A stretch of 64,000 bases of DNA, taken from assembly GCF_009914755.1 (NCBI RefSeq), contig NC_060927.1. The stretch is one strand, 5' to 3'. A program made the translations under genes and the position numbers. Source of the DNA: the human T2T-CHM13v2.0 reference genome, Homo sapiens. Below are positions 43,786 through 59,164 of this stretch, piece by piece. The notes under the pieces are model-generated. The model searched no databases and was not told the DNA's origin. It saw only the letters and a program-made list of their open reading frames with translations. How positions within the stretch are numbered: position 1 is the first letter of the stretch; each line of letters begins with the position of its first letter.

Positions 43786-46132
43786 AGGGAGGAGAAGGTT
43801 CTACTGCTAAAGTGTTTTTAAAAAATTGTTGGCCTTGGTAACTATGAAGTTTTGTATATGTAACTTAATAACATACATTAAGGCTGAAGTCCTATAATTT
43901 CTGAATAAATTTAACATCACTTTGTATATAACTGAGAAAATAATCTCAAGTTGGTTTTACTCATATAATGCTGAATGAGTAGAAATTTCAAAGACATTTT
44001 CAAGTGAAGGTGGTCAGCAGCTGCAGAATTGGATCTACGATTTTACATTGAGTTAGTGACTGGCTTATTGTAACATTAAGTGATACGTGATAGACATTAT
44101 GCATGAATAAATAAACATAGCTGGACATATTAATGGCTATAATGTTGTCATGGTATTATTTAAACAACATATAATAACAAATTATTTCAAACTTCAAGGT
44201 AAAATTACCTAATAGGCAGAGACATTATCGACAAGTCCCACTCAGCATGCACATGTGTAATATTTTTAAAATGCAATTAGAACAAAATTACCCTTAGGAT
44301 ATTGTGGAAACTCAATGTTAACGATGCTTGAAAAACAGAAAGTTAAAACAGTTATATAGAGAGAAGCCTAAAATGACTTTAAATAGTCATTGCAAATCTA
44401 GTGAAGGAAAGACAAAAAACATAATCTTTTTAAAGATGTAATTTTGAATCTTGTTTTACCCTTAATTATTTCAAGACAGACTCTAAAATTATATAATTGT
44501 GGATAGCTCTATGAATTTAAATAATATTTAGTATGTTAGAGGAATTTAATACAGAAGGTCTGGATATTACTTAAAAAATACCCCACTCCTCCTTCCCCAA
44601 GTTTGGCTTGGGGGACAGAGAGTAAGGGAAAGTGTCTTTTCTCTATCTGGAAAGACCGAGCGAAAGTAAGTCCTGATTTTGCATTTCTCTCGGTTTTTAT
44701 TTAATAATTATTATTTTTTACTTTTAGAAAGCTGCCCTGAATTTTGTCAGGCTGTAAGTCTGGTAAGGTGCAGAGTTTGCTTGATCTCTGTGATAGTTAT
44801 TTGGATATATCTTTCCCGAATTAGAGCACCTTAGAATGGTTATTACTCAAGGGACTATGAAAGGGACAGTTCCTGCAGTGTCATTTTCCCTACCCCTTCC
44901 TTGGCTAGCTTACCGAATTTTATGTTCTGAAGAGCATCATTCATGCTGTCACTCAATAAATGATTATTAGACATGTATCATTTTCCAGGAATTGAACTAA
45001 GTATTTTTCTGTGATAAACTTAGATATTTATAAATCAGAGGTATTACATGTTGGAATCCTTTTAACATTTGCTGTTGTGTATTCTCTGAATTTTTAACCA
45101 GGGTGCTTAGCAAAGTTGGTACTATAGTACTCTCATTATCATTAGCTAGCATTTAGTGAAGACTTATTTTCTTCCCAGCACTTTGGTAAGCATTTTATGG
45201 TCCTTATTGCTTTCATCTGTTTGCTGATTTCTGTACCCTTTTCTTGGGAAAATAACAGTGATATGGTGGACATTTGGGTTATTAATGAGAGGAACCCGAA
45301 CAGAATAAGTTGCCATTGATCCCTTGTGCAACTTTCCAGGCATTGTAATTAGCTGGCATTGACTTTTGAGTAAAAGTCACTGGTCATGACCACCTCATTC
45401 ATTGTTTTTGTGTTCTAAATTAGGCTCTTATTCTCAGCACTGTCGGAGATTTGTTCTGGAAAATAGCATTAATTAGTCACTGAATAAAACCATATGATAC
45501 AATTTGAGTCTAATGAGGAAACAGTGAGATTGTTTTTGGTGAAAAAAGTGAATCACTTAATATTAAAGCTCCTAGAGACTAATATTTGTGCCTTGGTAAC
45601 CCTCACTCTGGCCATGAACAGGGTCACTTTTATAATTAGTAGACCAATGTGCCATCTGATAATTGGATGGTAGCAGGATAGAATATTTATCTTTGCAATT
45701 CATTCTGTTCCTTTTACAACTGTGGTAAAATGTTATGCTTTGAATAAAGTCGTGGTGCAGTAATAGTAATGCAAAATTATGTGATTGTTTTAAAATGATT
45801 AGAAAAAATAATTTTAGGTAGTTGTCCATTGATTTAGTAATTGAAAGAATGGTGTAAAAAATAGCAATTAGCATAAAAAGATCAATTTGTTAAAAAGAGA
45901 GGGTGAAATTATCAAAATATAAAATCATATCATTTTATTATTTTGACTAGTATTTCATTCCAACCTTCTTATAAGTCTTCCAAATCTTTCTAATATGGCA
46001 TTTTATCTCTAATACAAAGTAACATCTTGCTAATAAACAAAGTATTTTCTAACTAATGTGTTGACTTTGGGGATTAATGTTATTTTAAAAATATATCACA
46101 AAAAACAAAGTTTTAGCCGTAAAAGTAATCAT

Positions 46133-46296
46133 TTTTTTTCTTTTCTCTCTTTCTTTCTTTTTTTTTTTTTTTTTTTTTTAAGAGATGGGGTCAGCTATGT
46201 AGACCAGGCTGGTCTCAAATTCCTAGTGCCAAGCGATCCTCCTATCTTGGCCTCCCAAAGTGCTGGGATTACAGGCATGAGCAACAGCACCCAGCC
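46133..46296 (-). mobile_element. FLAM-C / Alu left monomer
   Basis: Poly(T), then 'agagatggggtc...caggctggtctcaaattcct...caagcgatcctcc...cccagcc'. Confidence 0.88.
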
Positions 46297-47159
46297 TAGT
46301 CATAAGAATAATGGATTTTAAACAAGGTAAATTTCCACTGCAAAATACTTTTAAATGTTTATTTAGAAACTGTACTGTGTGTGTATGTGTGTGGAAATTT
46401 CTGTATAATGGATTTGGTGCAGTAGTTCAGAAATAATGCAATGGTCTTTCATTTTTCTTTCAACCTTACTAAAAGGAAATCCTAAAATTTAAAGAATAGT
46501 TAGAATATTATTTTTCAGAAAACTATGAGTCCTAATTATGATTTACTTGTGCGAGGTTGCATGTGGTGCCTTTAAGGCTTGTGTGCAGAGGCCCTGTATG
46601 AGATGAAGCATGAAGACATAGGGCAGGGGAAACATGCTGTGCTCCAGACAGAACTCTTCAGGGCCTTCATGAAGCCCCTCCTTATCCTCCTGCTCCGGCT
46701 GGCTCCGGGTTGTGAGTGGCTTCTACTTTGCTCCTCCACAGCCCTCTACCTCCCTCATAGGTATTACCCTGCCTGTTCTCCCTGCACCTACGCCACCCAT
46801 TTCTATGTGAGTCAGTTTCACATGTCTCAATTTCACACATCACTCCCTGTTCCTAACTTCCAAAGTCTTTTTATCTGACATTGCTTACTACTCTGTAATT
46901 CCATTTGAGTTTTGGATGAATATCTTGAAGCTTTATGTCTGTGGTCAAACTCCTCTTTGCTCAAATGTCTTGCCTCCCTTTGCTTCCTATATATGTCGTT
47001 AATATCACCATTCTTCCAGGAACTCAGAATGGGTCAATGATCATACCTTTTCTTTCCCTATTGTCCTGCTAATTTTCCCAAAAACATCATTATCATTATC
47101 ACTTATGTATACTTAGGTCTCTAACACAACACTTGTATAAGCACTGTAACAAAGAATCT

Positions 47160-47400
47160 TGTTTCTAGAGCACTTACTATGTCTAAGGTTCCGTATGAGG
47201 CATTTGAGTACATATTTTCTGGTTTAATACCACCAACAAACCTGTTAGAGCTTATTATCATTGTATTTATTATTATTCATGAGGAAATTGAGGTTGAAAA
47301 CAGTTAAGACATGTGCCCTGGGTTTACATAGAGAGCTAGGAAGTGTCAGAACTAGAATTTGAACCTACTCATTTTAATTCCCAAACCATCACTCTTGTTA
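47160..47400 (-). mobile_element. MIR
   Basis: 'gagcacttactatgtc...atgaggaaattgaggttg...gtcagaactagaatttgaacc'. Confidence 0.7.
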
Positions 47401-47969
47401 CACTCTCACTCTTGAATCTCTTCTCATTCCCATCCAGCTCCCTAAAGCACAGAAGTAAGTAGGTCACATTCAAAACACCATGATTCCCACAACCTATATC
47501 CAAATACCTTGGCAAGGGATTCAAGGTTCTTGAAGCTCAATCCTAGCTTCGGGTTGTGGTTTCCTCTCCAGTAGGTTTGACATGTGTCTGCAGGCCAGCC
47601 ACCCCACATTCAAGTCCAGTCCCTGAAAGGGCTTTTTCCCTTCTGTCTGTGTCATCGAGCTAGCTGTTCTTTCTGTTTAGAATATTTTTCCACACTATGC
47701 CTTCCTCACATAACTCTATTTCCTCTTTTTTTAATAAAAATCTATAAACAGAGAAAAGACAGATGATAGATAAATAGATAGATAGATCCAACAATACTAA
47801 CAACATTGAATACTTTTGTGTGCCAAGCATGACAGAGCTGTCTATGGATTAACTTCTGTCATAGATATCATAGATATAATATAATCACTGCTTACACTTT
47901 CTCCAAAAGCATCAATTATTCTTTTATTTATGGTTTTATTGTCTTTACGCATTCTTCAGTTATTGCATT

Positions 47970-48345
47970 TTTTAAATTCAAATAAGTTTTATTTCTTAGA
48001 GAAGTTTTAGGTTTACAGAAAAATCAAATACAAAGTACAGAGAGTTCCCATGTACTCCCTATCCTCTCACATACATGCAATTTTCCCTATTTTAATATTT
48101 TGCATTAGTGTGGAACATTTGTTACAACTGATGAACCGATATTGACAAATTATTATAATGAAAAGTTCATAGGTTATGTTAAGATTCGAAGTTGTATAGT
48201 TCTAAGAATTTTCTGAAATACATCATGTTATTTATCTGCCATTATGATGCATATGGCATAGTTTCATTGTCCGAAAAATGAAACTGTTTTACCTGTGGTC
48301 CATTTACTCATCTCTCCCTGCCCCCCAAATTTTGGCTACAATTTT
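47970..48345 (-). mobile_element. L1MC/L1MD-type 3' end
   Basis: 'agttttaggtttacagaaaaat...aaagtacagagagttcccat...acatttgttacaactgatgaacc'. Confidence 0.8.
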
Positions 48346-48387
48346 AATTTTTGTAATTTTTGTGTGCTGCAGCATCTTTGTAGTTAA

Positions 48388-48712
<325 letters not shown>

Positions 48713-49851
48713 CTATTCAAGATTTTTCAAATTAATAAGGAATGGCTTCTCCTATGCAAAATGTTGAGTAATTCCCCTGAGAAGAAACAATTTTATCTAT
48801 TTAAAATTCTTTATCCTTTTATGTGTTCCTCTCTGTGGTATTCATGTTAATATATATCTATATTTACATCTCTATATGTACACATATTTGATAAATAATA
48901 TATTAATGTATTATCATCTTAAACTGGAACATTATATGTAAAACTATAGATTGTTATGATTATTTCCATAGTTCCAGTATTTTGCCCAGTGGAAGCCACT
49001 GTTTTCATTTCATTTACATCTTTCCAGGCCTTTTCCGTAAAAATCTCTATACGTGTTACATGCCCATAAATGTATAATATTTATATGGTCATACTGGTTC
49101 AGCAGTTTGCTTTATTCATTCACACTCTGGCTACTGGGGCTGTTTTTGATTTGTTTACTGCTGCTATGCTATTCCGTATTGTGAATAATTCATGTTACTT
49201 TAGCCATTTCTCTCTTAATAAACATTTATGTTTCCTCCAAATTCTTATTTTTACAAACAATGCAGCAATGAACATCCTTACTCTCCAGTTTTGTTCACAG
49301 ATATATGAATTTACCTTTAAAAAGTTTCTAATCCTCCTGATCAGTACATGACCCCTTCAAGAGCACAGTCTGTATCTTCTACCCTCCGTAGCACTGAGCT
49401 TGGTGTTTTCTATGTCATTGGTACAAAATGGTGTTTGAATAAATGATGGGCAAATGAACTTGTCAGTGAACTCAGGTATTAGTGGGAGTCTTTCAGCTTG
49501 CTTTGCCATGTGCTTCAAGGTAATTTAAGATCTTTGTAAACACTTGACAATGGCCGGACATTAAAAACATTATTTCTAGATCTAGAACTTAGCTAATCAA
49601 GGCTAATTTTATCTGCTTTCAGCTGTAATGCCCTTTTAAGTTTGTCTATATTTAAGTTAATAACATTACCTAATGTTAAATATTCCTCACTAATAAGAAG
49701 CTCTTCCATAAAATAATTCTCTGATAAATTGCCAGCTTATTTTTACTATTGCCAGACTCTAGATGAGTAGGTGGCTGGAGAAGAACTGACAAAGATCCTC
49801 AGTAAGCTAACCTACTAGATAATGAAACATGTTTAGTAATTAATTATTAGA

Positions 49852-50160
49852 GGCAGAGCATGTTGCCTCACACCCGTAATCCCAGCACTTTGGGAGGCTG
49901 AGGCAGGCATATCACTTGAGGCCAGGAATTCTAGACCAGCCTGGCCAACATGGTGAAACCCCGTCTCTATTAAAAACACAAAAATTAGCTGGGTGCAGTG
50001 ATGCATGCCTGTTGTCCCAGCTACTTGGGATGCTGAAGCAGGAAAATCACTTGAACCCGGGAGACGGAGGTTTCAGTGAGCTGAAATTGCCTCACTACAC
50101 TCCAGCCTGGGCAACAAAAGCAGGACTCTGTCTCAAACAAAGTAAAAAATAAATCAAAAA
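49852..50160 (+). mobile_element. AluSz-like
   Basis: Dimeric Alu; TSD aatta(a/g)ttattagag at ~49838 and 50161. Confidence 0.9.
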
Positions 50161-51771
50161 AATTAGTTATTAGAGATTATCTTTCATTGCTTCATTCTTC
50201 CAGTGAGTTCTTTCCAGTTTTGTTTTTGAGAGTTATGAGTTAAAATCAAGTTGACTAGACTTCGTAATCATAAAAAATAAACATAAAATTGAAGTGGAAC
50301 TACTGATGTGTTTAATTCTGGCTAGTTTGGTGGGCTGGTTGTGAAAAGTTCATTGCTCATCATTGTGTCTCTTCTTGTAGCTCCACTGAGAAATTTTACC
50401 CAGCAATATCACTGGCCTTTTGCATAATACCAAATAAATGTGATTCAGTACACTGAAGTCTTAAGCAAGACCAGCCAGCATCCACAAGCTCCCTGTCTTA
50501 GAGTGCAGAAAACAAGAATAAAAAGATTACTGCAATTTTCCTTCATTTATTCTGTAGTTTTTGTTAGTTACTTTCCTAAAAATGTATTATTTTTGCTATT
50601 TTGCTAGTTTTATCTTTTGATGTTGCTGTTACATCTCACTAATTCCATGAAATAATATATGAAAAAATAACTAGCATAGTAGGTGCTTTTAAAAATTGTG
50701 TACTTCTACCTTCAGATTAGGCTTCATATCCTTTATCTACAAAATGGAGCTTCCATGAACTGAACATACATGGAGTGACTCCAATATGCCACAGATTGTT
50801 TTCAACACTGGGTTAACAAAGGACCTAGACTCATGGTAAATTCTAGTGGTTAACTTTATATTCAAGATACGGTGGTAGTGATGATGATAGGGAAGATGAT
50901 AATAAATAGGAGGAACAAGTGGAGTAGTAGAGGGAAAAATAATTCCATGTGAATTGTGAATAGTAAACACGATACTAGATTTTAAAATGCTCCATCCAAA
51001 GTAATGTTTTATTCCAAGCCCTATATACCGTGATTTAACAATGTAATTATGTCATCATTTTAAAACTATAGCTGTAAAAAGAAGCACTGCATAGTAAAGA
51101 ATAGACAACAATAAGTGGTCTTTGTTGTGGTCCTTGCTTTGTCCTACTTGGTGAATAATTCTGGGCATATAACACCAGCTTTTGCACCATACTTTACCGA
51201 TGAACATGCTGGTTGTAGTAGATCATTTATTTAAAGCAATATTAACACGTTACAGAAGTAAAACAATTTATGGTCCAGTAAGTTTGAAAATGTTTTATTT
51301 GTTTTACTATAGTCATCTCTTGGAGAGCTATGATGACTGTGAGCATTTTAAGTTGCTGAGCATAGTCCCACAGGACACAAACAGATTTCAGTTAGTTCAA
51401 GCCAAATTTCACCAGGACATTTGACTTGTAATCCTTTAGTCATGGGATTCCCATTCATCTTGCTGAACTGATGTTTTAGAGAATAGGGATTGGAAATGTT
51501 GTACTAGTAGAGTCCCTGTGACAGTAACATTTCCAAGAATCTGCATTTGCTCTCCACCTTACTCTTGCTACTTTTTATACTGGTTAAAATACCTAGCAAG
51601 AGATGTATCCATAAATGTCACAAACACAGAAATATAATATCGAATTAGATCCCATGCATTTAAACTACTTGTTCCCCAACAGGCATTGTAGTCTGTATCT
51701 TAAACGGTGATAAAGAAGGACAACTGTCATTTATGGCTACGTTAGATTGGTTTGATATGCCTTGGAGCAAG

Positions 51772-51978
51772 CAGGGCAGTAACCTCAGCACGATCAAAAT
51801 TTTGTACTGGGTAATTCTTTGTTTGGGGGGCTTTCTGGTGTATTATAAAATGTTTATCATTATCCCTGGTCTCCACCCACTTGATAGGCAGGCTCCCTTA
51901 GTGATAACAATTAAAAATGTCTCCAGACATTGCCAAACGTTTATGGGTACCAAAATTGCCCCAGTTAGGAACCATTAT
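51772..51978 (-). mobile_element. MER20 (hAT-Charlie MITE)
   Basis: 'aaaaatgtctccagacattgccaaa...aaaattgccccagttaggaacca'. Confidence 0.85.
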
Positions 51979-53264
51979 GTGGGGACACCAATGTTAAAAA
52001 GCCATATTCAGTTGAATATGAAATATCTCACTTTAGAGCTGGCCCTAGCGTGGTAACGAAATTCCCCAGATGGCATCCTTAGTGGTGGCATTAATGACTA
52101 TTTTTGCCAACTGTGTATTCTTACTTGGAGTTGTGCTTCTGTTTGTAGGTTGAGCTGTGGTGTTGACATTGTTGCCAATCGGATTTTTTAGGAAATGAAA
52201 AGCAGCTGCAATATTTCAAAGCATTGGACAGATTGGGCAGAGGGTATGTGGACAAATCCTATTAACAAATAACGGGATTTGTGCACACACAGTGCCTCCC
52301 ACATTGCGCCTTGGAAATCGACACAAGACTATTTCCATCACTGTTGTGCATAAATCACAGGAATTATAATAAATTGGGAAAAATGTTCTCACACACATGG
52401 AGGTTCAACCTACATTCTGATGATGACTAGACATGTTGGATCATTTATCGAACAGGGTGTCTGATGAAACAAACCTTTAATCCAGTTTAGTTTTAGAGCA
52501 GACAGAAGATACTAAATACATCTGCCCTCAATTTGCTGTCTTAACCTTAAAAATAACAATAAAGTCATTAATTGGGTACTTTATGGGGAGAAAAACAATT
52601 TTTAAATAATAAAGTATGCTAAATGGGCCAGATGCCACTGAGAGGTTTGAACAGAATGACCTTTAAGTTTCCTTCCAAACCTCAGTGACTATGAATTTCC
52701 CATCTGGGTTCCTAGGAGATCAAATTGTCTCACACAATTAGTATCCTATTCCCTTCCCTTCTTGAGATGCTTTATGTATCCAGTTTTGTTTAAATTGATA
52801 CATTCACTATGTAAAACTGCTACTTTTCCTTCAGTGTTTTTAGTGTTTTTTTATTGATGTATATACACAGTTGGTCTGTCGGAGAGCCCAATATCATAAC
52901 TGTATTTGCTAAAAAAAAAAAAATACTAACATTGTGGGTTACTTGCAATGGGGTTAGCATGATTGAATTTTCTGAATATTTGGGATTGGAAATCCATATA
53001 TCGGGTCTTTACAACTTGCTACAATGAGTCAACAAATTAGAAGCAGGGAAGTGTGGCTACACATTGAGTGATAGTTGACATCACTCAAGGAGACTGGTTT
53101 AACAAAAAGCCATTTTCTATGACATACTCAAAAGCTTCTGACTACATCACACATAGCATGTGTGTCTGCAGTCTGCTGCATTCTATCTTCCCTTCTCCCT
53201 TCCTCCATTTCCCTGTATTCTTTCCCTCTATTTCATCTGTCCTTTATTCATTCCACCATTCATT

Positions 53265-53515
53265 CAGAGGCAGTACAATAGAGTACAGCGGACTAGATAA
53301 GAGCAAAGACTATAAAGTAACATTGCTTGGATTCATACGCAGAACTCCTTCTTAGCCATGTGAACTTCAGCAACTTCTTGAACTTCTTGTTTGTGGTATG
53401 AGATAATAACAGTACCTAGCTCACAGCTGTGGAGATGGAGGATTTAATACACATAAATTACTTAGAATAGGGCCTGGCACATAGTAGCTTCTATAAAGTG
53501 ATAGCTGTTTTAATT
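53265..53515 (+). mobile_element. MIR
   Basis: 'gagataataacagtacctagctcacag...cttagaatagggcctggcacatagtag'. Confidence 0.75.
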
Positions 53516-53530
53516 AACTGATTCATTCTT

Positions 53531-55223
<1,693 letters not shown>

Positions 55224-55529
55224 TCATTCTTAAAGCGATTTACATGTACCATTGTTCTAAGCCCAAGAGGTATAATATTCATGGCCAAAAAGTTTTTGTC
55301 TTTGCTCTCACGGAGTATGCAGTTTGGTTGAGAAGATACATATTATACATACAAACACACACAATGAAATAAGATCTCTGAGGCTGAGAAACACCATCGA
55401 GCTAGGAGAGCATGTAACAAAGAAAATGACTTAGATAGTTGTGGGGTTTAGTATGAAGGTGGCAGTTTAGTGGGTCGGAGGAAAATGGAAAAGTTTTTAC
55501 ATAAGCACAGTAGAAATTAAGAGGGTGAA

Positions 55530-55911
55530 TGTAGTTGGTGATGTGGTGCCCCATCCGGATCCTATCACCCAGCTGTTGTGAAGGTTCGCTGTGGACAACT
55601 CGCAGCTACATTCCTCTAGGAATCACACTGGGCTGAAAGTAGCCACCTTGCCCAGAAATGCCTAGGACATTGCTCCCTCCCCACCCACAAGGATGGACCA
55701 CTGATGTGTGAGGGGATGATAGGTATTGTTGCCCTTGCCTAGTGGACCAATTCTGTGGAGCCACTATGTTCCAGCTCCTGTGGACTGACGTTGAGGCTGG
55801 AACTCAGTGGAACCCATGCTCTTGCCTATTCAACTTCCACCACTCCCTCATACATCACTCACTCAAAGTCCTTGTTTCAGGCAATGTTGTTAAGGAACTC
55901 CACCTAAGAGA
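55530..55911 (+). mobile_element. LTR16-like (ERVL) solo LTR
   Basis: 'tgtagttggtgatgtggtgcccc...gcccttgcctagtggaccaattctgtgg...ggaactccacctaagaga'. Confidence 0.65.
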
Positions 55912-55914
55912 AAA

Positions 55915-56829
55915 TACACTGCAAAATCTTGGAGAATTGCCTGGCAGCATGGATAGCCTTTTGGAAATTAGTGATTATGAGTATGTAATGATTCAAAGCT
56001 GTCTAGTATAGGTCTATGCTATTATTGCTTGGCTTTTTAAAATGCAGACCCAGGGATGGATTGGTTAGGATTAATTTAGGGTGAGGTTTTAGCAGACAGA
56101 TATGATGAAAAGGTAGAAATGCAATGGAATATGGGTATGGACTTAAGCATTTGAAAATAGTAGCCCATGGTATCTTAAGTGAATAAGGAAAGATGTCAAG
56201 AATAAAAAAAGGACTAAGCAGAAGGAAAAATCAGAGGGTGAAAGGGTGGGAGGCCCCAACATGGTCAAGAATTAACCAAACACCACATGTTCTCACTCAT
56301 AAGTGGGAGTTGAACAATGAGAACACATGGACACAGGGATGGGACCATCACACACCAGGGTCTGTCAGGGGCTGGGGGACTAGAGGAGGGATAGCATTAG
56401 AAGAAATACCTAATGTAGATGATGAGTTGATGGGGGCAGCAAACCACCATGGCATGTGTATACCTATGTAACAAACCTGCACATTCTGCACATGTATCCC
56501 AGAACTTAAAGTATAATAATAAGAAAAAAGATAAAAGCAAAAAAAAAAAGAGAGAAAGAAAAGAAAGAGTAAATCAACAATTCAACTGGAAGGAGTGAGG
56601 CAGTAGCAAAAATGTAACATATATGAATTTATGATTTAAGAGGTAGCTCGGTTTCTGGTAATGGCAAGTTCCCAGGTATAGCTTTTTCAGTGTATCTCTA
56701 TAACAATATCAGGATTTAGAGGTCAAGGAATTCGGAGATCAGGTAATTAGATGGGTTGTCTGTGTGAAGGTTGAAGACACTAGGGTATTGATGAGGCTTT
56801 GGGCTAGTTCCAAAGTTCAGGCAAATGAA
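55915..56829 (-). mobile_element. L2 internal fragment (split by an L1PA7-like element)
   Basis: 'ggttaggattaatttagggtgaggttttagcag' and 'gaggtcaaggaatt...gatgggttgtc...ggttgaag'. Confidence 0.45.
56277..56565 (+). mobile_element. L1PA7-like 3' end
   Basis: 'gaaatacctaatgtagatgatgagttgatggg...gtatcccagaacttaaagtataat' plus A-rich tail. Confidence 0.88.
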
Positions 56830-58150
56830 TGGAGACTTTAACACCCTATTGTCAATATTAGATCAATGAGACAGAAAATTAACAAGGGTATTCAGGACTT
56901 GAACTCAGCTCTGGACCAAGCAGACCTAACAGACATCCACAGAACTCTCCACCCCAAGTCAACAGAATATACATTCTCTTCAGCACCACATAGCAAAGTC
57001 TCAGGATACAAAATCAATATGCAAAAATCACAAGTATTCGTATACACCAATAATAGAGAGCCAAATCATTAGTGAACTCTCATTCACAATTGCTACAAAG
57101 AAAATAAAACACCTAGGAATACAACTTACAAGAGACATGAAAGACCTCTTCAAGGAGAGCTACAAACCACTGCTCAAAGAAATATGAGAGGACACAAACA
57201 AATGAAAAAAAAATTCCATGCTCATGGATAAGAAGAACCAATATTGTGAAAATGGCCATACTGCCCAAAGTAATTTATAGATTCAATGCTATTCCCATCA
57301 AGCTACCATTGAATTTCTTCACAGAATTAGAAAAAAACTACATTAAATTTCATGTGGAACCAAAAAAGAGCCCATATATCCAAGACAATCCCAAGCAAAA
57401 AGAACAAAGCTGGAGGCATCACAATACCTGACCTCAAACTATACTACAAGGCTACAGTAACCAAAATAGCAAGGTACTGGTACCAAAACAAGTGTATAGA
57501 CCAATGGAACAGAACAGAGGCCTCAGAAATAACACAACTCTACAACCTCAAGGATCCTCAAGGATCTAGAATCAGAAATACCATGTGACCCAGCAATCTC
57601 ATTACTGGGTATATACCCAAAGGATTATAAATCATTCTACTATAAAGACACATGCACACCTATATTTACTCCAGCACTATTTACAACAGCAAAGGCTTGG
57701 AACCAACCCAAATGCCCATCAATGATAGACTGGATAAAGAAAATGTGGCACATATGCACCATGGAATACTATGCAGCCACAACAAAGAATGAATTCATGT
57801 CCTTTGCAGGGACATGGATGAAGCTGCAAACCTTCCTTCTTAGGAAACTAACACAGAAACAGAAAACCAAACACCACATATTCTCACTTATAAGTGGGAG
57901 TTGAACAATGAGAACATGTGGACACAAGGAAGGGAACATCACACACTGGGGCCTGTAGGGGGCTGAGGGGCAAGGGGAGGAAGAAAATTACAAGAAACAC
58001 CTAATGCATGCAGAGCTTAAAACCTAGATGATGGGTTGATAGATGCAGCAAACCACCATGTCACATGTTTGCCTATGTAACAAACCTGCACGTTCTGCAC
58101 ATGCATCCCAGAACTTAAAGTAAAAAAAAAAAGAGAAAAAAAGAGAAAGA
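56830..58150 (+). mobile_element. L1PA8-like element with two large internal deletions
   Basis: EN-domain piece (DLNSALDQADL) jumps to the RT region at 56992-56995; second jump at ~57546; 3' UTR 'gcttaaaacctagatgatgggttgat'. Confidence 0.88.
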
Positions 58151-58913
58151 AATTACTTCCAAGCACTTTTGCATTCTCCACTTAGCAGAAGAGAAGCTAT
58201 TATTTATTAAATACAGGAGGTGCTATATGCCTTCCTCACATCCTATGAAGTAGGCATTCTAGTAAAGGAATGAAAGATGAGAGATTAAACTGACCTACCC
58301 CAAATGGATTAATGTAATTTCATTAGAAATAACCTGATCATCTTGCCAGGATGATTAAATGGTCCTTTCTCTGTAAGGTTATTAGGTTGTCTATTTTGGT
58401 TGTTCTGTGTCATTTTTTCCCACAGTGTAATGACTTTTCCACTTCATGTCTTCTTTTGTTTAATATTTCTTTGAATTTCTGTTTCCAAATGCACCACTGT
58501 GCTTGTCCATCCCTCCTCTTCAGGTGCTGGTCATGTGCAGGTGTAGCTCCTTATTTAGTTATCTCTGAAAATTTGTATTAATAAAGAATGAACAAATCAG
58601 GCAAAAAAAAATAAACTGGATTTAGAAATAAAAAATACTGCTTTAAATATTTTGTAGAATATCCCTCAATTTGTGTTTGTCTGGCACTTTCTCATAATTA
58701 AGCTGAAGTTCCATAACTTTTGGAAAGAGTACCATGATGCACCATGCAATGGCATTATAGCAGAGGGTAGATAATATCATTATTCTTTATTACTGCTAAT
58801 GTTAAGCTGGATTACTTCATTAAGATGATTTCCAACAGGGTTTTAAGCCAGGATTTTAAACCATAAAGTTACCATTTTTCCCTTTCCATATTCTACTTTT
58901 TAGAAGTAAGTCC

Positions 58914-58969
58914 TATATGAAGAGTTTAGCGTGGCATATGATAACTAAAACTTCCTCAGTTCATGTCTG
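58914..58969 (+). repeat. 56-bp dispersed duplicate of 63187-63242 (54/56 identical)
   Basis: tatatg(a/c)agagtttag(c/t)gtggcatatgataactaaaacttcctcagttcatgtctg. Confidence 0.95.
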
Positions 58970-59164
58970 AAGTATCGTTACACTTCCTGGAGGGAAGTGT
59001 TTCAAAGAATTTGTGGGCATATGTTAAAATAACCACAGTAATGAATACATACATCGAGTATATTTTAAGGCCACAAATTTTCCTGATTCTCCTTGAGGTT
59101 TTGCCCAGCAATTTTCATATTCACTGGTAGACTTTGCTTGCAGCAATTATTACTATTGTAATCA

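Noticed and set aside
52415-52470. Second C/D-like motif pair (ATGATGA...CTGA)
   Set aside because: Only ~45 nt between boxes, too short, with no guide evident
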